This document shows positions 12,732 through 23,914 of a stretch of 64,000 bases of DNA, piece by piece (position 1 is the stretch's first letter; the number at the start of each line of letters is the position of its first letter). The DNA comes from Lama guanicoe. Taxonomy: Eukaryota. The DNA lies in the NCBI GenBank assembly GCA_013239625.1, contig MU053881.1, forward strand, positions 2,232,001 to 2,296,000. Direction: 5' to 3'. Under the pieces are notes generated by a model. It was not told the DNA's origin. It saw nothing but the letters and a program-made list of their open reading frames with translations, and did not search any database. The translations under genes were made by a program, and so were the position numbers.

Positions 12732-12861
12732 GGGGGGTAGGGTATATCCCAGTGGTAGAGTGCATGCCTAGCATGCGTGAGGTCCTGGGTTCAATCCCCA
12801 GTACCTTCATTAAAAACAAATAAATAAACCTAATTACCTTCCCCCACCAAAACAAACAAGG
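12732..12861 (+). mobile_element. Vic-1-like SINE with TSD
   Basis: Full head and tail; TSD AAATCAAAC at 12723-12731 and 12862-12870. Confidence 0.9.
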
Positions 12862-12916
12862 AAATCAAACCGGAAGGTCCGGGGCCTGGCTGACTTCGCC
12901 CTGCAGAAAAGGAGCT

Positions 12917-12949
12917 TCCTCCACCTAGTGGCCGGCGGGGCCACTGCGC
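12917..12949 (-). promoter_or_regulatory. Candidate CTCF site (core plus upstream motif)
   Basis: Minus strand GCGCAGTGGC-CCCGC-CGGCCACTAGGTGGAG, in a local CpG-rich patch. Confidence 0.6.
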
Positions 12950-13741
12950 TATGGAGTTGACCCACTTACAGAACCGTCAGGTTTCTTCCGGGTTTTGAGG
13001 CTCCGGGACAGCTGGCACAGCGTTTGCGGAGGGCAGCCAGCCCCGGAGAGCCGGCACGGGGCCGGCTCTGCCCTCTCTGTGGTGCGGGCTTGGCACAGCG
13101 CAGGGCAGGTGAGGTTGCTGGGCGGACAGATGGTGAGAGGGAGAAATTGTTTTTCCTGTTGTATTTGACACCGTGGACTGCCTGTCAGAGGCCTGGTTAG
13201 GGGCTGGAACGGCTCACCTGTGAGGGAAGGGCTTTCTTCTTTACCATTTTTGGGACAAGCCTCTAACTGCCCATCACTACCTTTTCAGGACTCTGGCTGG
13301 GGACTTTGACTTCTTCTAATTTCTACTTCACAGAAAACTTCAAGGCCTCGGGTCCATGAAGCTGGTGGCAGGACTCAGGCCAACGTCCAGGGACCCAGGA
13401 TCCTAGACCAATGGCCTCCACAACATGCCTCCTGGCAGCTATATGGGTACAGACACAGATTCCGGTCGGCACTGAGGGGCTGTCACATGCCAGCCCTTGA
13501 TTTGCATCCAGCTCTGGGCTAACAGCTTTACACGCACGAATCCATTTCATCCTCTCCTTGTGTCATCGACTGCAAAGCCTGGGGAGCCTGGGGTGGGCCC
13601 AGGCTCTGTAGCAGTGGAAGGAGACTTCTTGTCGTGCTGGAGCCCAGGGAAGATCCACCTTTGGCCAACACATTTCCTCCCCTCACCCCCACCCCAATCA
13701 GATTGAATTAGGCTCTGGTATTTCATAAATCACTGAGTCTT

Positions 13742-13900
13742 TTTATTTTTTTTAAGTAGGTGGAAATATGGCTTTTATTTTATTTTGAGGGGTGGGTGGG
13801 AAGTAGTTATTTTTTTTTTAGAAGAGGTACTGGGTATTGAACCCAGGACCTCATGCATGCTAAGCATGTGCTCTACCACTTGAGCTGTACCCTCCCCTCT
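13742..13900 (-). mobile_element. Vic-1-like SINE with 16-bp TSD
   Basis: TSD TAAATCACTGAGTCTT at 13726-13741 and 13901-13916. Confidence 0.9.
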
Positions 13901-14399
13901 TAAATCACTGAGTCTTAACACAGGGGGCTGAGCCAGATGCCATCTGCCTGTAGACTCCCCTCCATGGGGAGAACCAGAGCTTACTCCAGGCCAGTAATAC
14001 AAGCAGTAGTCATTGTTTACACAGCACCTCTCACGTGTCAGTCACTGTAATTGCTTCCTGTGTATCGATTCTTTTAATTCCCACAATAACCCTCTAAGGG
14101 AGGTACTAATATTTCACCCTGAGGGACAGAGCAACTAACCAAGACCACATAGCCCTGGCTGCCCGATTGCAGTGCTTGAGTTCTTTGCCTGCCTCTCCAG
14201 AGCTGACGCCTCTCCTGTGAGAACCTCCTTGGCCACAAAAGCCATGGGCTGCGATGTTTATCTGCTGGATTGTGTGTTGTGGGTCCAGGGCACCGACACT
14301 GGAGACCATTCCAGGCTGGAGAAAGTCAAACCTGATGTCAGGGGTGCTCCGAGTGAGAGGGGCCCTGATAGGAAGAGAGGATCCTTGGGTTCAACTTCC

Positions 14400-15090
14400 T
14401 CGGCGCCACCAGAATGGTCAAAATTAGAAAGGCCAACAATACCAGGTGCTGACAACGACATGGAGCAGCTGGAACGCTCCCACGTGGCCGGTGGGAATGT
14501 AAGCTGGTAGACCCCTTTGGAAAACTGCTTGGCAGTGTGTAGTCAAGCTAAACATGCATCTACCCTGCGGTGCAACAATTCCACTCCTGGGTATATGCAG
14601 GCAAACGTGCACCAGGTGACACATAGGAAATTTTTTTATAATAGCTTTATTTATAATAGTTCAAAACCAGAAACAACCCAGTTGTCCATTAACAATAGAA
14701 TGGCCAAACTGTGGTTTATTCACACAATGGACTACTACACAGCATGAAAAAAAACATTAAAAAATATGGACTTCTGATACACACAGTAACATGGATGAAT
14801 CTCACAGACGTAATATTGAGCAAAAGTGGATGTATGTGTGAGTCCCTTTTCATAAAATTCAAGAGCAAGCGAAACCAATCTGTGAAGTCAAGATAGTGTT
14901 CACTTCTGTGGGTTACTGACTAGGAGGGCAACAAGGGAACTTTTTGGGGAAACTGGCCATGTTTTGTATCTTGACCGGGAGGGTGATTGCCCAGAAGTAG
15001 ACATTATACTCATCAAACTGTATGCTAAAAATTGGCTCACATTACTAAATGTATGTTGTATCTCAAAAAGTTAAAAAAAAAAAAAAAGAA
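14400..15090 (+). mobile_element. Old L1 (L1M-type) ORF2 C-terminus and 3' UTR with A tail
   Basis: ORFs 14517-14747 and 14711-14896 resemble decayed ORF2 C-terminus (KLWFIHTMDYY, TWMNLTDVILS); poly-A near 15073-15090. Confidence 0.8.
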
Positions 15091-17109
15091 AAGAGATGGT
15101 CAGATAAAGACAGTCTCTGGGTATGGCTGAGTTATTTTTGCCCACCCACATCCATTCTTCAACCAAACTATGAAAGGAGAGCCAAACTTTTTTCTTTTAG
15201 GGGTGCATGTCTCTCCTTTTCAGTCCATGTGTTTTAGGTGGAGCCCCAAAGCAGAGCACCATCTCCTCTAGCCGCAGCAACTGGCTTAGGGGTGGGAACA
15301 GATCCAAGGGGCTAAGGAGTCAATCCCAGAATTTTTTGTTCGAACCAAGAAAAAGACGCAGTGGCCAGTCTATCAGGATACAAACCTGCAGCTGCCAGGG
15401 GCCGTCTTACTACCTTCTGGAGAAAGTCGGCCAGGGAAAGAGGACAGGGGACAGGACAGCAGAGTGAGATTAAACTCTTCCTGATGGCACTGCATCAGAA
15501 CCTGAATCCAGCCATCCTCGTACAAGGATTTTTCATTAGGTGAATCAGTAAATTTTCTTTTTTAGATAACCACTTAAGTTTCTTATAGTTATAACTAGTC
15601 TAATATGCCAGGAATCTTAGGTAAAATTACGAGAGGTATGGGGGTGCCTGGAACAGACAATAACCATTGAGCTTTGTTCAGTCTGTTTTGTGGGTGTTGT
15701 TGCTGCCCCGGCCGAGTGGCTACCTGCTCTCTGAGACCATGGCCCTGCCAGAAGATGAGCGTGGCAAGCCCAGAGGTCACGTGGAATGGACTCCTGTCCC
15801 TCTGTATAAAGGGTTCTTGACTTGGAATCCAGAGAACCAGATTCTACTCTCTACTTTGCTGCTTTGTAGCAGCAAGACCTTGGGCAAATCACTATACCCC
15901 TTTAAGCCTTGTTCCTTCCCCATAAAATGGAGTACCATCACCCAGCTCAAAAGGTTGTGACACAGATCAAACATTAGTTTCCCAGTTTTTCCAGTTTCTT
16001 CCTACCCCTGGGTGAGTTAGTGCCTACATCTTATGCGTTCCCACAGCACCCTGCATAACCCTCTGATCATGGCCATAATGATCTTTAACAGTGTGTGAGC
16101 TCCCCAGGGGCAAAACAGTGTTCATTCCTGCATCCCCACACCAACAGGGATGGGCACACAGCTGGTAGGGACTCCTGAATCCAGACTAAGAGGTCCTGCA
16201 GGCCAAGGGCTCATAGTATGGCAGCCCACTCACCTCTCTGCCCTTCACTCCTTTGCCTGATAGGTGGGGCTGATTCTGACACCTTAGGTGGGGTAGAAGG
16301 ACTCTGGGAAAATTGAGAGGCAGTCTAGGCTTTGAAAGCTGAGAGCTGTGTATGGCCTTTCCCAGGTGGAAAAGAGCAGGTGCCCAAGACAGTTTGCTGA
16401 GTGAAGAATGGGAGCTGAGGCTGCCTGGGCACATTCCCCAGATCTCGCTGTCTGAAACAAAGGTTGGACAGAGGGCTCCTGATGCCACCACGTACACTCC
16501 TTTCCCGGCTCATTTCTGGGTCATGGAAAAGATTCTTCCAAAAATCACCAGTCCTATAATAAGCCCCAGGGAGCAAACCTACTGCTATGTAAGGGCTGAG
16601 CGGGAAGAGGCCATCTTTCTTTATGCATCCTCAATCATTCATTCAACAAACACTGCAGGACATACAACTCTGTACATTAGGGAAGTGGAGATGGATGAGG
16701 CCAGGCCCCTGCCCTGAGGGCGCTAGCCCGGAGAGGGCCATACTGCGGACAGCTTTCATCCTGGCCTCGCTGGATGTCTCCTTTCCTGCTCCCCTGCGTT
16801 CCTTCTCCACAGAGTAGCCACATCATACTCGCAAACAAAGTAGATTCCCAGCTTGAACTTTCTAAAGACTCCATGAGGCCCTCCATGACAGAGGGGCTGG
16901 GTGAGCAGAGGAGCTTGGACTGATTCAAGGCACCTGGAAGACGCCTACAGAGTTGGCAAGCAATTTGATGTCTGTCTCTGTCTCAACTCCCAAAGTCAGT
17001 ACTTAGGGTGCTGGAAGTCTGAGTGGGGTGAGGGTGAGAGGTAAAGACACACACACTAGATCCAAATCCCAGGTCTGTTCAGTTGCAATCTGGCTCATGG
17101 GAGAAATTC

Positions 17110-17115
17110 TTTATT
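17110..17115 (-). terminator. ZNF346: Candidate ZNF346 polyadenylation signal AATAAA
   Basis: First minus-strand AATAAA I noticed downstream of the stop codon (~1.3 kb); use is unverified. Confidence 0.35.
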
Positions 17116-18429
17116 TAGGTGCTTCAGTGATCAAGAGAGAGCATGAGTGCACACACACATATCCACACACAATACGTAAAGGCATTCACAGGCCAAGGGA
17201 CAGGGAGCGTGGGGAGGAGGCCACGAGAGCAGCTGGGGGCTTCTTTGCCCCAGTGAAGAGGAACCTCAGATGGTGACCCTCCCTGGAATTCCTGTTTGAA
17301 AGCTCCGAGGTAAAGTCCACTCCCAGGGACGTCCCAGGCCGTAAAACATAGCCGTGCTAGAGAAATCTAGGTGTGGGGTCAGGGAAACGTCTGTTTCCTC
17401 ACTCACCGCAGAAACTTACACTAGCTCTCTTCTTCTCCTGGGGACCCATCCTGCCCCTTGGTACCCAGAATCTCCTGGTGGATGATGGGGGAGGACTAGC
17501 ACCATAGCAACCTGGGCAGGTGGTCTGCTGCACAAGGGGAAGGAGAGGGCCAGTAGGGCCGAAGGGCAGCAACTAACCTCTAAGCTGGCTGGCAGGAGGC
17601 AGGTTGCCTTTAAGGGCACAGAACCATCAAGGAAATTTGCAGGTGGAGACTTCCTCATATGACCCTGGGTCAGAGCACCTCTGATGGAGGAGGGAAAAGG
17701 CCCCTACTGGAGCTTCTGATGATCCCACTGGGTACTGAGGCCTCCGTCAGCTCTAGTGTGTCCCCAGTTGCTGCAGATCCTTAGCACCATTCAGGAACTG
17801 TGGAGGACGAGGGCGAGGGGGACAGCAATGCTCGGCCAGGACCGTGTAACTGCTCCAGGAGGAGACTTCACGGTGGGCAGAAATCTGTGTAACTGGCCAG
17901 CATCTGATCCCAGGCTCAGCAAAAGGAAACTTTTTTGGGGGAGGGGGAGTGTAACATTAACTCTAAGCTTCCGTGTGGCAGCCGCTTCCATCTGCCCTCT
18001 CCTGCCCAGGCCAAGGTCTGGCATGGAAGCTCCAGGTTTCACTGGAGACACCTAGAGCCCAGGGAGAGCTCAGCTCTTTAGCTGCAGAGACTGGTCCAAA
18101 ACTGACTTGCAGAGGAAAAGATAGGCCTGGGGCCTCATGACATATGGCCCAGAAGGGCTGGGGACCGGGAAAGGCCAAACTCCAAACTACAACCCACGTC
18201 CTGTCAAGATCCCTTCTTCCCTTACCCTGACCTACAGGGCCCATTCCAAAGGGGAGGGGCAGGGGCGGATTTGCCTGGACCAGTCAGAGGCTGTCTGTGG
18301 TCCACTCCTGCCTCAGGCCTACGTATTCTCCAGGTGTAAGAAAGGAGGAAGAAAGAGCCAAGGGCTGACCATAGTTACAGGAAGCTGGCTCATGGCTGGT
18401 TCAACCTGGGGTGCTGTACAGAAACACCT

Positions 18430-18517
18430 TTAGCCTTCCAAGGTGGTTGAGTCTTTCTGAATGGGCTGCCTTTGCACGGGAATCTGGCCCAGAGGTGATG
18501 CCATTGTTTTTGGTGAC
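18430..18517 (-). CDS. ZNF346: ZNF346 exon 7 (last coding exon)
   Basis: Acceptor ttacag|G; (Q)[31 protein letters not shown]; brings the CDS to 885 nt. Confidence 0.92.
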
Positions 18518-20835
18518 CTGTAATTTGAGAAGGAATAAAGGCACAGGGTTAGCGCGTGGCGGTAGTGATGGTCCTCCACGTAGCTTATTCTGATGGTAGT
18601 ACAGCTCTTCCAGGCCCTTGGAGCAGTAAGCAGGGCAGCTCTCCTTCGCTGAGGGCCGCCGCGTGCAGGGCACAGGGCTGGGTGTTTGGTTCCAGTATTC
18701 CATCTCATCCTCATGTCAATTCTGCAAGGGTGGGGCTAGCACACCCATTTTACATATGAGGAAACTAAAGTTCAGAAAGTATAAGTGACCTGCCCACAGT
18801 AGGACTGCAGTCTATATCTTTCCTCTATACCAAACCATCTACTCTGCCTGCAGGGCCCTGCATGACCTGGATGGCACAGAATGACCATTCTCGCCCTCAC
18901 ATGGAATGTTAAGTGGCTCTCCCCTCCCTGTCTCACCCGGCACCACCTGATAGTGTCCTATTTGTTTATGGATTTGTTTAGGCTCTGCTTCTACCACCAG
19001 AGGGGGATCCAGAGGATCAGGGAACAGCACTGGTCTTGGTTCCTATGGTAGCCCCACGTTCAAAGCAGGGCTTGGCTCATAAAAGGTAGTCAGTGTACAT
19101 TTGCTGAATGAATGAAAGCTTATCTCTAACAGCTCCCTTTATCAGTACTACAACCCCACATACATTATCTCTAACTATCACATTGTCCCATTAACGAGCA
19201 CCACTTGGAAGCGGCAGAGCAAAACGAACAGGCTTTGAAGACAAAGAGGTTCGAATCCCGGGTTTAACTCCCAGTAACCATGTAATCTGGGGCAGGTCAC
19301 TCAATCTACTTGACATTAGATTTCCTTGGGTTGTAAAGGGGAGGAGGTCCTAATTCAGAGCCACTGTTGCAAATTCCATGAGACTGAATTAGGTGTTCAA
19401 CAAATTGTACTATAATCTTACAGAAAGGAACTGGAAGCTCAGTGAGGTTTACTGACTCACCTAAGGTCACACAGCTGGAGAGTGTAGAAAGAAAACAGTA
19501 AACAACACCAGCATTTTCAAGTCAGAGAGCCCCAGGGCAGGGCTCTGGCTGGCTCCAAGGTGGCTGCCAAGTTGCCACCAGTCATGCTACAAGGGAGGTC
19601 TGCTGGAGCAGGAGGGGGACCAGGCTGGGCCGCCAGGGCTTGTCTCAAGTCCACATCTAAGAGGAGCCTCCAGAGTTCTCCCAATTAAACACATGTCAAC
19701 CAATAAAGTGGAAGATCCGCCGCAGGGTGGGAGAGGAGACGTCAGGCAGAGCTGAGAGGACCAAGGAAGTTCTGACCTCAACACTCTGTATTTCTACCAC
19801 CTTTCATTCATTCGGCTCTGTAAGCAACGCAGAACCAATCACCAAAGTCAAAGCAATCATTTCAGCTGGCCTGAAACTTTCCTCACCTGTAAAATGGGGA
19901 TAACCAATCTCAGAAGGTTATGCTGTGGCACACTGTCCACACCACACAGTTCCCTTCTGAGAGGAAGGGAAAGAACCGCATGGGCCCTCACCTGTTCATA
20001 TCACATGGCGCCACAACCTCGTCAGCAGGACACCCTGGAGGAGCATGCTGAGTCAGACGAGCCTCAGTGTGAACTACGACTCTGCCTCATAATACCACTT
20101 TGTTTTTTATTTTATTTCTCACAATACCACTTTGAATGGTGGTTGCCTATATCTGTAATATTAGAATAACAATCCCTTATTCCCAGGATTGTTATGAGGA
20201 TCACCTGAGAGAATCTGCTTGGTATACGGCCTGCAACAGACCAGGAGCTCAAAGAATGTCAGTCATTTTCAAGATTATCATGAACAGATGACTCTGTTCA
20301 TCTCTTCCTTTCAAAGCACTTATCACAATTTGTAATTACTGGTTGTTTACATACTTATTGTTTGTCTCCTCCCATCAGAATGTAACGTTATGAGAGTAGG
20401 GACTGGGTCTGTCTTGGCCAGAGGGTGTTCAGTAAGTATTTGATCAATAAAACAATCTGGTCATATTCGGTAATAACCTGTAGAGGGAGCTCTTGCCACA
20501 GAATTGCTGGCCGTGAAGCCTAGGGTACTCAGTCCACTGGGGGTAAAGTTTCTGTAGTTAGATTGCTAACAGCCAGAAAATCTAAGTACTCTTAGGAGAC
20601 CACCAAGGAAATCGTTTATGTTCCTCTACTAAAACCTTCAGCCTTGCAGGTCTAAAGGCTGGGGAGACGGTGATGGGAGAACTTAGAGGAGACACTGCTT
20701 TCTGCTAAGTGATTGAGCTGTTGACGGAGAAGACTGCCAGGATTCCATTTCAGCCAGGGAGTATGGGGCTTTGTTCTAAACCAGAAGCCCTGGCTCCTGC
20801 TGCAGACTCTTGAATTTCGAAGTATGATTACTCAC

Positions 20836-20929
20836 TGGTTCTTGTGTTTGAAGCCGCTGACGTGCGCTTGGTACTGTTCTATGGAGTTCAGCATTATCTT
20901 ACACGTCTTGCAGGGATAGCCCTTCCCGG
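20836..20929 (-). CDS. ZNF346: ZNF346 exon 6 (zinc finger 4)
   Basis: ttgcag|...|gtgagt; [32 protein letters not shown]; 94 nt. Confidence 0.95.
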
Positions 20930-23728
20930 CTGCAACACACATCAAAGGCAAGATGCTTAGTTGTCCAGTAAGAAGGGTGCTGGGGGCTGCTGCTTTTGAT
21001 AGCATGCGCAAATGCCCTTCTAAGGATGGATGGGTGGGATGAGGTCAGGTGAGTGGCCCTGGTAAGAACCCCTGAAGCCTCAATGCTCAGGGGGCACATG
21101 GGTGCCTGTGTGTTCCTTGGGGCTGGGAACCTCCTCGCTTCCCTCTGAACCCTCATTCCCAGCATTGAGCCTGGTCCAGAATAGCTGTCTGTTCAGTATA
21201 TAAAACACTGACAGAACAAAGAGGTGACATCTAATGTAACTGTCTCTCCCACTTGACTGTGCTAAGTGGCCTCATCAAGGATGCCCTTCGCTGAGATCTC
21301 TGGGAAGGTGGCACACTCCTCGGGCTTGCAATAACAGTAATTAATGAGAAGGCCTGCTATGAAACTTAATCTAAACTATGAAGTTCACAGAGACCCTGTC
21401 TCACTACCAGGGATGCTCCAATGACAAAGTGGCCTTTCTTCCCATGGTCTGGCGGAGAGAGCATGGGGCAGGAGTCAAGATATGGGGCTGGACTCCTGAC
21501 TCTGCCTTCATGTGACCCTGGCTAAATCCCTTTCCTTTTCTGATCCTCAGCTTTTCCCATCTATGAACCAATTATACCACAACCATAATACCTACAATAA
21601 AAAGTAGCTATTTACTAAGTGCCTGGTATAGGCTGTGAACTTCATAAAATTTTGACTGGCCCTCATAATGATCCTGTGGAAGCCGGTATCATTATTCTGT
21701 TATAGATGAAGAAAATCAGGCATGGCCACACGTCCAAGAACGCAGAGTAAGTGGCAATCTCAGGCTGCCCTGCCTCCGAAGGCTGCACTTGCTCTAGCAG
21801 GCCGGGTGCTAGCTGTGCAAGACGCACTGCACCATGACTTTAGGAGTCTCTTTGACACCTTTTGACTTATCTGTCATCCTAAAGTCTCACAGCTCTGGAG
21901 TGAGTTCATCGAGGTTCAAATCCCAGCTCTATCATTTCTTACCTGTAGGACCACAGGCCAGTTATTTAAGCTCTCTGGGATCTGGTGTCCTCATTTATAA
22001 AGGTGGGGCTTCTCTAAGACTAAGGTTCCTTACCTATAAAATGAGGTTACTATTAGTATTAACCTCAAAGGTTATTGTAATGATTCAAATAAAAGCCAAC
22101 TGGCATGTAGTAAGTGTTCAACAAATGCGAGCTTTTATATTATTATTTCACTCCTATGGGTTCCATGAGCCAAGCTGGCAAAGAGATGGAGAGTGTCTTC
22201 TAACCAGTCTCTCACAGCAGCTGCAGCTACTGGGAACACCCACAAGCTCCCCTAGTCTAGTAAGCTGGCCAGTGTTCCCTGCTACGTTTGTTTCTCTTGT
22301 ATCTTCAGGTACTTCCTGTAAGACACATCCCTTTAAAGCATTTAAGGGCAAAATTACTGCAATCAGAGTTCAGGCCTTTTTGACACACTGAAGGCCAGAA
22401 TTCATGGTTCAACACGAACAGGGAAAAGATGCACAATGGACTAGCCGAACCACTCTCCCCGCAAGGATGTGGAGTGGGACCTGGGGCTGGTGTGCGGGTG
22501 AAAACCACTAATAGTTAAGAGTCACTGATGCCCAGATTACAACAGCCCACTCTTGTTACCTATTAAGCACCAGCCACCATGACAAAATTTTGGCTATTTA
22601 TGCCCTTTGATTCTTACAACAGCGCTGGAAGATAGGTCATTATCTCTATTTTTCAGAGCAGGAAACAGGCTCAGGGAGGTTAAGTGGTTGAGCTGGGATT
22701 TGTGCTCTGGTCTGTGAGGCCCCTGTTCTTCCCTGGGCACCACAGGCCTCTGCACTCTCGCACGCGAGGTACATCTCAGCACACAATGTGCTGATCTGGA
22801 AGCTAGATTCAAATGGTCATCTGGGGCAAGTGAGGAATTCACTGGTGCTTCGAAAAAAGCACATTTGTCCAGTACCCACACTCATACACTTTCATCTGCT
22901 TTTCATTTTATATATCTGATGTTCCAGTTTACCCCTGTGATTTTATGAAGTGTAAATTACTAGAGCTGATTTTTAAACATCTGGTTTATTTAGAAAAGCA
23001 CCTGTAGCTCCCGCCTTTTACTGCCAAGACTTCTGAAAGACCTGTCTACAATTGCTTCTCCATTTCCTTATCTCTCAATTACTTTGCAACCTATCCCGCT
23101 ATACAACACACACACGCTCTCTCCCACTCTTTCTCTCTCTCCAAGGCCAATGCTGGCTTCCCTGTATCTAAATGTAACGGACAAAACGGACGCTTATGAG
23201 ACCTCACCGTATGTGACCTCTCAACGGCACCTGGCAGAACTGGTGACCCCTCCCTTTTCAGTCTCCCCGCCCTTAGCTTTCCGCATGCCCGCGGTCTTGC
23301 TTTTTCTCCTCTGGACGCTCCTTCTCAGTTTCTTCTGCTGTCTCTAATCTGACCTCACCATTTAGTACTGACATTCCAAGGGCTAAATCTTGATGTGTGG
23401 CCCCCTTCACCATGCTATCCTGGGGGTACATCCCAGGGAGTCTCAGCTGCTGGGAGAGGAAGGATTCTGAGGATAGCATAAAATCTGGCAGAGGCTGCTG
23501 AGGCCTTCAGACAAGAAATGTGCATGACAGGGAATTTAAATCAGATGTTGCAAACTGGTGGCCTTTGCCCCAAATCTGGCTTGCTGATAGGTTTGACTCA
23601 CAGAGGGTTTAAACGTTTAAATATTTAGTTGCACAATCAGAATTCTTATTCAAATCTGGAGGAGGAGCAGCGTGACTGTGGCGGTCCAGGGAGTGGGGTG
23701 TGAGCGGGTGTGAGCGGGGCCCCCTTAC

Positions 23729-23914
23729 CCGATGAGTCGGTGACAGCGGGGTCTGCCAGCCGCCCGTAGTGCGCCATAAGTTTGAGCTTGGTCTCCTGTT
23801 TCCTGTGTTTCTTGCCCACATAATGTTGCTGAGCCATGACGGGGTCATTGAAAGTCGCGTGGCACAGGCTGCAGAACTTGTCTGGATCTATCATCTCTCT
23901 ATTCTGGTGCAAGG
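23729..23914 (-). CDS. ZNF346: ZNF346 exon 5 (zinc finger 3)
   Basis: ccttag|...|gtaagg; [62 protein letters not shown]; 186 nt. Confidence 0.95.

Noticed and set aside
20280..20301. Perfect 9-bp hairpin ATGAACAGA-TGAC-TCTGTTCAT
   Set aside because: Too short to be distinguished from chance in 64 kb; no miRNA or snoRNA features.
21834..22391. 185-aa ORF antisense within ZNF346 intron 5
   Set aside because: Largely built from MIR sequence (FKSQLYHF..., FLTYKMRL...), a typical repeat-derived chance ORF.
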